From: a virus
Lineage: Duplodnaviria; Caudoviricetes
DNA length: 52,782 nt
Direction: 5' to 3' (one strand)
IMG/VR virus record: IMGVR_UViG_3300025674_000059
Location: 1-52,782 of that record
Every line of letters begins with the position of its first letter. Position 1 is the stretch's first letter. Both the position numbers and the translations under genes were made by a program. Below, piece after piece: positions 30,410 through 38,235 of this stretch. Under the pieces are notes generated by a model. It saw only the letters and a program-made list of their open reading frames with translations, made no database searches and was not told the origin of the DNA.

Positions 30410-30652
30410 ATGACACTTATCACACCAGTTAAAAAGCTAGAACAGCTTTCACCAACGCCCGAACAAGACAAAGCACTTGTAAAGGTATTCGAACAACACG
30501 TGCTGGACAGCCAGCACCCAGACTTTGCGTATATGACGTTTACCGACTGGATCGTTAAAGACGTACATAAAGCAATGTACGACGATTGCATTATGGCTGC
30601 TGTACCAGATATGTGGCTAGGTATTGAAACAGACGGATATACCCACTCATGA
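30410..30652 (+). CDS. Conserved small phage protein
   Basis: C-terminal MWLGIETDGYTHS motif; strong RBS. Confidence 0.7.
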   Translation: MTLITPVKKLEQLSPTPEQDKALVKVFEQHVLDSQHPDFAYMTFTDWIVKDVHKAMYDDCIMAAVPDMWLGIETDGYTHS

Positions 30653-31020
30653 GTGCGGTAATCGTAGACGACGGTACGTTAGATACCGTCGTAGAATATG
30701 ACGGTAGGCGCATTCGATATGATACCGCTTACCGTTATTCGTTCGATTCTGATAGGGAGTTTTTAGATGCAGCATTTAAAGATTTTTATGACGACCAAAC
30801 GGATCAGCTTGACGCGATTTATGAATCGTTACCGCCCGATATCACGCTCTGCTACAACGACGATTGTCGTTGCTGGAAAACCCCCGACGAACATCTTGAG
30901 GGTTATGCAGTCGTTAAATGTTTGATGGGCTGTAGCGATTACAGAGTGCTCTATAAAGAGTTACCGAAAATTACGGACGCGATGTGGAGCAGATTACAAC
31001 TCGAAGCATCCGATACATGA
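30649..31020 (+). CDS. Hypothetical protein
   Basis: ATGA overlap; VIVDDGTLDTVV N-terminus. Confidence 0.6.
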   Translation: MSAVIVDDGTLDTVVEYDGRRIRYDTAYRYSFDSDREFLDAAFKDFYDDQTDQLDAIYESLPPDITLCYNDDCRCWKTPDEHLEGYAVVKCLMGCSDYRVLYKELPKITDAMWSRLQLEASDT

Positions 31021-31044
31021 TTTGTACGGGGGACATACGGCTCA

Positions 31045-31180
31045 GGCGACTGGTAGCGTCAGGGGGTTTTCCTCTCTCCTACTGGAGAGTTTTACGAGAA
31101 ATAGGTTCGATGAAGTGCAAGCCCCCAGCGGCAAACGTAGCTCTGTCGTTTTGAACTTGCCAATCGAACCAACTACCAGA
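31045..31180 (+). ncRNA. Candidate structured RNA
   Basis: Nested complementary pairs CTGGTAG/CTACCAG, CTCTCC/GGAGAG, GGTTCGAT/ATCGAACC and GCAAG/CTTGC. Confidence 0.45.
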
Positions 31181-31206
31181 TTTACTTATTTACAAAGGAG
31201 AAATGT

Positions 31207-31380
31207 ATGAACGATTGTGTTCTATGTGGCGACGAGATCGACGTTCAAGCGAACGGTTGGGCCGGTGGCCATAACGCGCAGCCTTTGGCTGACGGACAAT
31301 GTTGCAGTAGTTGTAACAGCCTAGTCATTATCGCTCGAATGCAGCAAGCACGAGAGTATGCAGAGGAGGCCGTATCATGA
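31207..31380 (+). CDS. 57-aa Zn-finger-like protein (not in ORF track)
   Basis: AAGGAG RBS; MNDCVLC...GHNAQP...CCSSCN. Confidence 0.75.
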   Translation: MNDCVLCGDEIDVQANGWAGGHNAQPLADGQCCSSCNSLVIIARMQQAREYAEEAVS

Positions 31381-31613
31381 TCGATATAGACCGCGCACGC
31401 GAATTAAGTGACGCTCGAGAAATCGAACGTATCTACGGTGGTGAAGAACCAGAGCGTAAGGAGTACATAGTTCAAGTTGAGTTTTTTGTCCAAGCGTATA
31501 GCGAAGACGATGCGAAAGAACGTGTTACAGATATTATGCCGGACTACCACAAATCTACGATAGATGCGGAAGATATCATTGATTGGGATATTTTGAAGGT
31601 AGAGGAATCATGA
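31377..31613 (+). CDS. Acidic hypothetical protein
   Basis: GGAGG RBS, ATGA overlap. Confidence 0.65.
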   Translation: MIDIDRARELSDAREIERIYGGEEPERKEYIVQVEFFVQAYSEDDAKERVTDIMPDYHKSTIDAEDIIDWDILKVEES

Positions 31614-32095
31614 GCAGATACCAAGTCAATGTTATCGACCAAACCGTGCATAGGATGTGGATCGAGGATGGGCGAGGCGACTATGTCTGCGCCAAGGGCG
31701 GGTTCGAGATCGGTACATACCCGACACTGGACGAGGCCAAGAAAGCCATCGACGAATACTTTGGCTACGAGCTGCAACCAGATGACTATCAAGACGCCTA
31801 CATCAACGCGAATCGGATCGAAGACGAGAACGGATACGAAGACCCCGATGGCGACTACATCGTCGACTACTTCCTGTGCATCGACAAGATCGACCGCGTG
31901 TCGTTCAAGGAAATGGGAGAAACAAACGACAGGCTTTTGAATATAGTCCTCGAAGTACGCCGTAGACTTGCCGATGAGGAAGACTACGACGAATATCTCG
32001 CACCCGAGCTGAGAGCACTGCTAGGGTTTCTGGTAGATACTTACCAAACTCACCCAGAGCTTAAAACGTATAAGGTGGTCGAGGAATCGCGTTAG
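31610..32095 (+). CDS. Acidic hypothetical protein
   Basis: GAGGA RBS and ATGA overlap at 31610; stop codon lies in the promoter repeat. Confidence 0.65.
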   Translation: MSRYQVNVIDQTVHRMWIEDGRGDYVCAKGGFEIGTYPTLDEAKKAIDEYFGYELQPDDYQDAYINANRIEDENGYEDPDGDYIVDYFLCIDKIDRVSFKEMGETNDRLLNIVLEVRRRLADEEDYDEYLAPELRALLGFLVDTYQTHPELKTYKVVEESR

Positions 32096-32176
32096 TGCTT
32101 TACTTTCGCGTTAGTCGTAAGTACCTTATATATACCGCGCCCTAACCGGCGCGGATAACTTAGAAAGAAGAAGGAG
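32093..32176 (+). promoter_or_regulatory. Early promoter-hairpin cassette
   Basis: TTTACT(32099)-17 nt-TACCTT, stem CCGCGCC/GGCGCGG, TAGAAAG, AAGGAG. Confidence 0.75.
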
Positions 32177-32182
32177 ACAGAT

Positions 32183-32656
32183 ATGTCATTATCACAGAGA
32201 GATGTGCAAGATGTGCTACAAGAGTATATCGAGCACCACCACGGCCTTAGCCACGAGATTGCTTACCATTTAGTAAAAGCAGCCGAGGCTTGCGCCACTG
32301 AAGTCGCGATACGCGCCGACTTATTCCCCAAAGACGCTTCACTTGATTTCCCAGAGGTTATTAGCCTCGCCCGATTTTATAGTCAGATCGACCCGCTTAG
32401 GAAAACGATCTTCGACGAAGAAAGCAGGGCAGGTCGAGCTTACGACGAGATAAAGTTTCGACACTTTTACCAATGGGTAGACGACAAAGCGGAAACTGAC
32501 GAGTACGGTAACGGTCGTAAGATTGCATTACGCGACGCGCTAGTCGGCACCGACGCTTACGACAGAGCGTTCCCGAGTGTCGCACCGGCACTAACTACCG
32601 TAGATGACGATTACGTCGACGAAGACCGTCATATCGCGGATTACGCAGATGCCTAA
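32183..32656 (+). CDS. Hypothetical protein
   Basis: Strong RBS downstream of promoter cassette. Confidence 0.7.
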   Translation: MSLSQRDVQDVLQEYIEHHHGLSHEIAYHLVKAAEACATEVAIRADLFPKDASLDFPEVISLARFYSQIDPLRKTIFDEESRAGRAYDEIKFRHFYQWVDDKAETDEYGNGRKIALRDALVGTDAYDRAFPSVAPALTTVDDDYVDEDRHIADYADA

Positions 32657-32894
32657 GCGATACAAAATGCTTCGTAACACTAAACCCAAACAGCGGCTAT
32701 TTACGCCGCTGAAACCACGGGAGCCTCGACCCGAGGCTTACCGTGAAATTAATTACCCATCTCGACCCGCGACTATGGATTGTACTAGCCGCCGTGACGA
32801 TCGCCCAGTAACAAAAGCGACGATCGCCCCAGCGTATAACAAAGGTGCGTACCAAGTGATACCCGAGTCGGATATCGAACATATAGGGAGATGA
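32649..32894 (+). CDS. Conserved small phage protein
   Basis: IAPAYNKGAYQVI C-terminal motif seen in many phages. Confidence 0.65.
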   Translation: MPKRYKMLRNTKPKQRLFTPLKPREPRPEAYREINYPSRPATMDCTSRRDDRPVTKATIAPAYNKGAYQVIPESDIEHIGR

Positions 32895-32895
32895 T

Positions 32896-33087
32896 ATGAC
32901 GTACCGACAACTTAAATGGCGGCTGTCGACTCTGACTGAAGAGCAACTCGATACTGAAATAACTATTCGTCAAGATAACAACGAGCTAGTACCTGCACGA
33001 TTTTGTAGTAACGCTTGGAGTGCACCGAGTATCGGTGATAGACTTAACGATGACCACCCTGTATTTTTAGTTAATTTGGAGGACTAA
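32896..33087 (+). CDS. Hypothetical protein
   Basis: GGAG RBS; MTYRQLK..L..LTEEQLD motif. Confidence 0.65.
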   Translation: MTYRQLKWRLSTLTEEQLDTEITIRQDNNELVPARFCSNAWSAPSIGDRLNDDHPVFLVNLED

Positions 33088-33416
33088 TGAGAAACGTATG
33101 GAATACGACCTCTGGGTTAGGAGTGAGCGATGAACAAATTCACAGATGAACCTAGCTCAGCAACAACACATTTCACCAAAGATAACCCTAAGCCTGTGTT
33201 TGGATTTATACACGACAACGTTGTTGCAGATCCTCCCGAGTACAGCGATTGGTACCTTACTTTACGGGGAATACCGTACAAGATCGCTGTTTCGAAAGGA
33301 TATGAGCCGAACTGGTTCCATCGGAAAATGCAGAAGCTGTGCTTCGGTTTCACGTGGAAACAATTTGACAAACGCGGACGTCATTTTTAGTTAATTTGGA
33401 GGACTAATGAGAAACG
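33063..33416 (+). repeat. 34-bp perfect direct repeat flanking one ORF
   Basis: ATTTTTAGTTAATTTGGAGGACTAATGAGAAACG at 33063-33096 and 33383-33416. Confidence 0.9.
33130..33390 (+). CDS. Hypothetical protein between the direct repeats
   Basis: AGGAG RBS; PNWFHRKMQKLCFGFTW motif. Confidence 0.65.
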   Translation: MNKFTDEPSSATTHFTKDNPKPVFGFIHDNVVADPPEYSDWYLTLRGIPYKIAVSKGYEPNWFHRKMQKLCFGFTWKQFDKRGRHF

Positions 33417-33622
33417 AAACTAACGAAACGCCGCTCGACGTAGCGCGAAGCAAAGCCCTTGCAAACATGGCTTGGGATATCAAAGCGGATTACGCGGATC
33501 TTGATGAAAACACTAGCGCGTTTGACAAACAAGTGCTACGCCATCAGATTAAAGAATACGCCCGACTCGTTGACCGCTACCACCACGATAGCGACGGTAC
33601 GATTGAAAGCCTCGTCGTTTAG
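33407..33622 (+). CDS. Hypothetical protein
   Basis: GGAGG RBS within the repeat; stop codon in the promoter repeat. Confidence 0.65.
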   Translation: MRNETNETPLDVARSKALANMAWDIKADYADLDENTSAFDKQVLRHQIKEYARLVDRYHHDSDGTIESLVV

Positions 33623-33685
33623 TGCTTTACTATCGGGGTACTCCTAAGTACCTTATATATAGGCGCGGTATACGCCGCGCCGGAT
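33620..33685 (+). promoter_or_regulatory. Early promoter-hairpin cassette
   Basis: TTTACT(33626)-17 nt-TACCTT, stem GGCGCGG/CCGCGCC. Confidence 0.75.
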
Positions 33686-33710
33686 TACTAAACGATAGAG
33701 AGAAGAAAGT

Positions 33711-34073
33711 ATGCAAGACTTACGATTAGAAGAATTTACCGTTAACCATATTATGACCGAAGGTTATCTGACGGAGTTACGGTTAAGCCCCGAGTTAGTA
33801 GGATTACTAGCTAAAGCTACGCGAAACGAAGAAATGGATATCGACTCGGAGCTGAGCAACATAGGTTTAGACTTAGACGACGATATACAACATTGGGAAA
33901 TGCCGGAGGACAGCGAGTATATACCCGTGACCCAATGGTGCCCCGACGAGGAAGCGAGCGAGCCTAGCATATGGTCGATATTTATGTACAAAGACCCCGC
34001 TACGAATAGTATGCGAATGACGGGTTGGATGTGCGACAGCCATTGTAACAATTATATACGAAAGATTGTTTAA
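33711..34073 (+). CDS. Acidic hypothetical protein
   Basis: Follows promoter cassette. Confidence 0.65.
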   Translation: MQDLRLEEFTVNHIMTEGYLTELRLSPELVGLLAKATRNEEMDIDSELSNIGLDLDDDIQHWEMPEDSEYIPVTQWCPDEEASEPSIWSIFMYKDPATNSMRMTGWMCDSHCNNYIRKIV

Positions 34074-34126
34074 TTAACCCGCGCCCCGAAAGGGGCGCAT
34101 TACTTTACGATAGAAAGGAGAAAGGT

Positions 34127-34453
34127 ATGACGCCATTAACGAAAGAAATTGTTGAGACCGATTGGTCAAACATGTACCGACAGTTACACGAACATTTCTA
34201 TACCGACAGGATAGATAAGTCGCAAACATTTCCACAGTGGTTAGAGGACAACGTAAAGATCGAATACTTCACCCCAGCAATGTTGGTTAGGACGGGCGAG
34301 CCTGATGAATCAGAGCCACAAAAAGCGATATATTACGCCGTACTTAAAGACGGTGATAATTGTTCGATTGACGAGTGCGACTGGTTAGACCCACTAAATC
34401 ACTTGAACCATGATGATTGGGAACGCCGCGAAACAGACTTAGACCACTTTTAA
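34127..34453 (+). CDS. Acidic hypothetical protein
   Basis: TAGAAAGGAG RBS. Confidence 0.65.
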   Translation: MTPLTKEIVETDWSNMYRQLHEHFYTDRIDKSQTFPQWLEDNVKIEYFTPAMLVRTGEPDESEPQKAIYYAVLKDGDNCSIDECDWLDPLNHLNHDDWERRETDLDHF

Positions 34454-34462
34454 GGAACAGAT

Positions 34463-34741
34463 ATGGAACCAAGAAATACAATCGCCGAGATGGACTTGAG
34501 CAACCTGACCGACGAGCAAATTGAAGTGATGACCAAACTGGCACGGTTTGCTGAAGATGGATTTGATCTTTCAGCAGAAAGAACGCCTAACCACAAAATG
34601 CGGGTTTTCCGAGAAAAGCAAGCAGGACAGTGCATGGTTCTTCGCCATCGACTACGTCAAGAAAAAGAAAACCGCAGTGAATTGTGGAACCCAGTGCGCG
34701 ATGCAGACCGAATAAACATCGACGGGCTGATTCGTTTTTAA
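34463..34741 (+). CDS. Hypothetical protein
   Basis: AAGGA RBS; last ORF before terminator. Confidence 0.6.
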   Translation: MEPRNTIAEMDLSNLTDEQIEVMTKLARFAEDGFDLSAERTPNHKMRVFREKQAGQCMVLRHRLRQEKENRSELWNPVRDADRINIDGLIRF

Positions 34742-34759
34742 CAAAACCGCGATTTGATT

Positions 34760-34784
34760 AAGCCCGCCTCGAGCGGGCTTTTTT
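34760..34784 (+). terminator. Rho-independent terminator ending the early region
   Basis: AGCCCGC-CTCGA-GCGGGCT followed by a T run. Confidence 0.85.
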
Positions 34785-34855
34785 GTGCCTATTAGAATGA
34801 CCCGAGATATTGCGTATATTGTCTATTTAGAAAAAAAACTTTTTTTATTTTTTTC

Positions 34856-34891
34856 AACTAAAACGACTAATAAAGTAATAGAAGTAATAGA
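34856..34891. repeat. AT-rich iteron-like repeat (AGTAATAGA units), inverted copy of 15843-15878
   Basis: AACTAAAACGACTAATAAAGTAATAGAAGTAATAGA; further AGTAATAGA at 34949. Confidence 0.75.
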
Positions 34892-35087
34892 AAAGTGAAA
34901 GAAGCCTCTAGATACAAGGGATGGGGGCCGTGATGAGTGTGACGAGAAAGTAATAGAAATCGTATAGGTTATTGAAACGAGAACAGTGAATAGTAGTGAG
35001 AGGCCATGAGGGAAATTTTTACTTTTTATAAATTATTTTATTTTCTAAGATATAGTTCTACACGCTTACGACCCTCGGAAACACTGC

Positions 35088-35672
35088 ATGAAAGAACTAC
35101 AGTACACTCCCCTGACACCTGCCGATGACGGAAACGGGTACATCGACGCCGATGGTAAGAGATGGCAACCGCTAAATCCGAAACAAAAGAAGTTCGCTCG
35201 AGAGTATCTGAAAGGCCAAAACGCTACCGAAGCAGCGGTAAAAGCAGGCTACACGAAGAATCGGGCCGCAGCCAAACGACAAGGCAGCGTCTTACTCAAC
35301 CACAACCCACTTTTGCGAAATTACCTTATAGACCAAGAAATCAAGGAGGCAGAGAGGGATAGAGTTTCTATGGAGGGCCACCTCTCCGCGCTTCACGACT
35401 TGCGTGAGGAGGCACGGGAGTCGGGGCAGATTAACGCAGCGATCACGGCAGAGATACACCGAGGGAAGGTCGGGGGGCTTTACATCGATCGACGCGAGGT
35501 ACTGACCGCGAAGATCGATTCACTATCCAAGGATCAGCTGATCGATCGACTTGGAGAGCTTATCACGAAGCGCGTACCGCAAACGATCGAGGGAGAGATT
35601 ACGAATCGGATCGGATCGACAGACGGATCGACAGATCGATCGACTGTATTAATTGAGCGAGGGAGCGATTGA
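35088..35672 (+). CDS. terS: Terminase small subunit
   Basis: LNPKQKKFAREYL..NATEAAVKAGY motif; AAITAE..RGK.GGLY.DR. Confidence 0.85.
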   Translation: MKELQYTPLTPADDGNGYIDADGKRWQPLNPKQKKFAREYLKGQNATEAAVKAGYTKNRAAAKRQGSVLLNHNPLLRNYLIDQEIKEAERDRVSMEGHLSALHDLREEARESGQINAAITAEIHRGKVGGLYIDRREVLTAKIDSLSKDQLIDRLGELITKRVPQTIEGEITNRIGSTDGSTDRSTVLIERGSD

Positions 35673-35720
35673 CCCACCCACCCACCACGTTTGATCGATC
35701 GACGGATCGATCGATCGACT
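35485..35720. repeat. GATC/GATCGA cluster (candidate pac site)
   Basis: 16 GATC counted by eye in about 230 bp. Confidence 0.7.
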
Positions 35721-35821
35721 ATAAAAAGATTGACGGAGCGCGAGCGCACCCACCCACCCACCACGATTCATTGACGGCGAGCGAAAGACGGATTGAGCGA
35801 TTGACCGAAAGCGTTGGTCAT

Positions 35822-35847
35822 AAAAAAGGGAGCCGAGTGGCTCCCTT
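35822..35847 (-). terminator. Terminator for the reverse-strand gene
   Basis: On the minus strand: GGGAGCCACTCGGCTCCC followed by TTTTTT. Confidence 0.75.
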
Positions 35848-35864
35848 CGTGGGTAGCGATCCTT

Positions 35865-36197
35865 CTATTCGAAGGATCCTAGTTTGACGACACCGGTCTG
35901 ACCTTTCCACTCTTTGCGACCTTCGATCTGCATTTTGTAGTGGGTCATGACGACCGCCGCGTCTTGCTGGTATCCCCAGTCGGATAGCGCGTCGACGATA
36001 TCTTGAATCGCGACCATTCGGTGCGCGTCTCCGGCCAGCGCGTAATACGCGGTGATGATCTTGATCATCTGCTTGGGAAGTCGCACGCCAGACGGAACGC
36101 TGTCGAACATTACTGATCCGCTGGTAGACTTACCAGTGCCGACCATAGTGGGAAGCTCCATTGGAGCTGCTGCTTGCTTTGTAGCTGAGTTAGCCAT
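35865..36197 (-). CDS. Lone reverse-strand early protein, possible wHTH
   Basis: Own TTTACT promoter, hairpin, TAGAAAGTAGAAAGG RBS and terminator. Confidence 0.75.
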   Translation of the reverse strand: MANSATKQAAAPMELPTMVGTGKSTSGSVMFDSVPSGVRLPKQMIKIITAYYALAGDAHRMVAIQDIVDALSDWGYQQDAAVVMTHYKMQIEGRKEWKGQTGVVKLGSFE

Positions 36198-36256
36198 AGT
36201 GTTTTCCTTTCTACTTTCTAGTGTATGTGGCCACGCTACCGCCCGACCACAGACGT

Positions 36257-36287
36257 ATCCTCGCCTATACGCCTGCTAAAGTAAAGC
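36257..36287 (-). promoter_or_regulatory. Early-type promoter on the minus strand
   Basis: GCTTTACTTT, 17-nt spacer, GAGGAT. Confidence 0.55.
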
Positions 36288-36606
36288 GAAAACGACCTAC
36301 CAATTTGCTATATAGCCACGCCTGCTTATAACCTTTCCGCGCTAACGGTTCGGCTTAGGGGCGCGACTTAGCGGATCCGTCTGAGAGACCCCCCATACCC
36401 CCAAAAGTGCCGCAAGGCACCCGCCCACCCACCACTACCTAGTTCCCGACTCTTTTTCCGAGATACTTTTGCTTTAGGTTCCCTATTCAAAAATTTTGCA
36501 CATTTGTATTTTTCGATGGGTCAAAATTTTTCGCGAAAATTTTTTAGGGGTAGCGAGAGTAGTGATTAGGGGGTTACGATTCGGCTATCTTTGATGAGGT
36601 TACGTT

Positions 36607-37122
36607 ATGTACGGTCAGTCTCCATATGGTTCTCCGATGAATCGCGGCATGTTTATGGATCCGCAGATGAGGATGATGTTACAAATGCGCGATCAGATGA
36701 GGGCGCAATACGCTCCGCAGCCTACGGAGATGCCACAACAAGTAACAAATCATCGTGCGCATCTTGAAAATATGCAGAGGCCGTTACCGGCGTTATTAGA
36801 TAATGCGGAACTTGTAGACAGACGAGCGTCATTAGGTAATCAGGTGCCAATGCCGCAGGAGCAGACTACGGAACAAACGCTTGAGGAATTGCAGAGTAAT
36901 ATTCTGCAGATGCAGCAACAGCAGCAGCGGTTATCTGAGCATTTAGGTGCTGGTTCTGGTATGTTGAGGCAGTTGCAGCAGCCCCAACAAGGGTTAGGTG
37001 GATTACTACGGCAGTACGGCAGAACAGGTTCTGATGGGTCTGCTAGAATGTCTAATCAAGGGCCGGATTCTATGAGATTACAAGCATTTCCTGTTGCACA
37101 GGGGAACCCGTTCGGTGGCTGA
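36607..37122 (+). CDS. Gln/Met-rich hypothetical protein
   Basis: GAGG RBS; low-complexity. Confidence 0.6.
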   Translation: MYGQSPYGSPMNRGMFMDPQMRMMLQMRDQMRAQYAPQPTEMPQQVTNHRAHLENMQRPLPALLDNAELVDRRASLGNQVPMPQEQTTEQTLEELQSNILQMQQQQQRLSEHLGAGSGMLRQLQQPQQGLGGLLRQYGRTGSDGSARMSNQGPDSMRLQAFPVAQGNPFGG

Positions 37123-37411
37123 GAAAAAGAAAAAAGATTCTCGTTTAGAGCGAGCAGGGGTTAGTGGGTATAATAAACCTAAGCGTACCCCGTCTCATCC
37201 TAAAAAATCGCATATCGTTGTTGCTAAGGAAGGCGATAAGGTCAAGACGATTCGTTTTGGGCAGCAGGGCGTAAAAACTGCGGGTAAACCTAAAGCGGGT
37301 GAGTCGGCGAAGCAAAAGGCGCGGCGTAAGAGTTTTAAAGCACGTCACGGAAAGAATATCAAAAAGGGCAAGATGAGCGCAGCTTATTGGGCCGATAAGG
37401 TGAAATGGTAA
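37115..37411 (+). CDS. Conserved basic phage protein
   Basis: GYNKPKRTP.HP.KSH.V...IRFGQQG...SFKARH...SAAYWA motifs; probable GTG start. Confidence 0.75.
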   Translation: MAEKKKKDSRLERAGVSGYNKPKRTPSHPKKSHIVVAKEGDKVKTIRFGQQGVKTAGKPKAGESAKQKARRKSFKARHGKNIKKGKMSAAYWADKVKW

Positions 37412-38235
37412 TGGACGATATGCAAGCGGTTTACGACGAGGAAGTTAACGGCAGAAGCGGCGGCTTGATGTCACTATTGCGTGGTGCGGGAGATATTACT
37501 CTCGGCGAAGAGGTAATGGATAGCTTGCCCGAAATTATGGCGATGTTACAAAACACTAACAAAGATACGTTGACGATGCGGCAAACGCAGGAGATGGGTC
37601 AGCCGAGCGAACTAGCTGTCTCGTTAAGTGATCAACCTGCATTAAGTTCGATGGTTGGCCCAGAGATGGCATTATTAGCTGGAATGCTGGGGGGGCCTGG
37701 AGGAAAGGCTAAGGGTTTAGCATCGTTAAAAGACGAACTAGCGCAGTTTATTACAAAAGATAAAGCTGATACTGCGGAGCGGATGCGTCGGTTAGACGAG
37801 GACGATATGTTAACGCGGTTAGCGGATCAAGATCGTATTGACCGTAGCCGAGCGGAACAGTTAGAAGGGTTGCGTGAGCGTAGCGATTTTAATACTCGTT
37901 TAGAAGAAGGCGAAATGTCGGAAGAATACGAAACGGCGTTACGCGAATACCAAGATTTTATGAACCGTCAAGGTGAATCTGGGATCCAAAAATTGCGTAA
38001 AGATATTTTTAGCGATCCTGACCAGATGGCTAGTGGTGGACGTCCAGGTTTGTACGCAAATATAAACGCTAAACGTAAGCGTATAGCTGCGGGTTCCGGT
38101 GAGAGGATGCGAAGGAAGGGTGAGGCTGGGGCACCGACTGCTGAGAATTTTAAGCAGGCCGCAAAAACCGCTAAGAAAGCTAACGGTGGTGGTTTAAGTT
38201 ATTTAAACGGTTATTACGGTAAATCATATAAATGA
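37405..38235 (+). CDS. Hypothetical protein, probably virion-associated
   Basis: C-terminal PGLYANINAKRKRI...GAPT...F...AKTAKK module flanked by xxGG motifs. Confidence 0.6.
   Translation: MVMDDMQAVYDEEVNGRSGGLMSLLRGAGDITLGEEVMDSLPEIMAMLQNTNKDTLTMRQTQEMGQPSELAVSLSDQPALSSMVGPEMALLAGMLGGPGGKAKGLASLKDELAQFITKDKADTAERMRRLDEDDMLTRLADQDRIDRSRAEQLEGLRERSDFNTRLEEGEMSEEYETALREYQDFMNRQGESGIQKLRKDIFSDPDQMASGGRPGLYANINAKRKRIAAGSGERMRRKGEAGAPTAENFKQAAKTAKKANGGGLSYLNGYYGKSYK

Noticed and set aside
31095-31125. GGTTCGA as a tRNA T-loop
   Set aside because: No cloverleaf, acceptor stem or anticodon arm can be formed
31022-31210. 62-aa ORF with TTG start
   Set aside because: No RBS; the region is better explained by RNA structure, and a well-supported ORF starts at 31207
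20738-33660. TAGTGCTTTACT repeats as a CRISPR array or attC sites
   Set aside because: Spacing is kilobases and irregular, no cas or integrase gene; the motif fits a -35/-10 promoter
35669-35887. 72-aa ORF after terS
   Set aside because: Translation of the GATC and CCCA repeats; runs through a terminator
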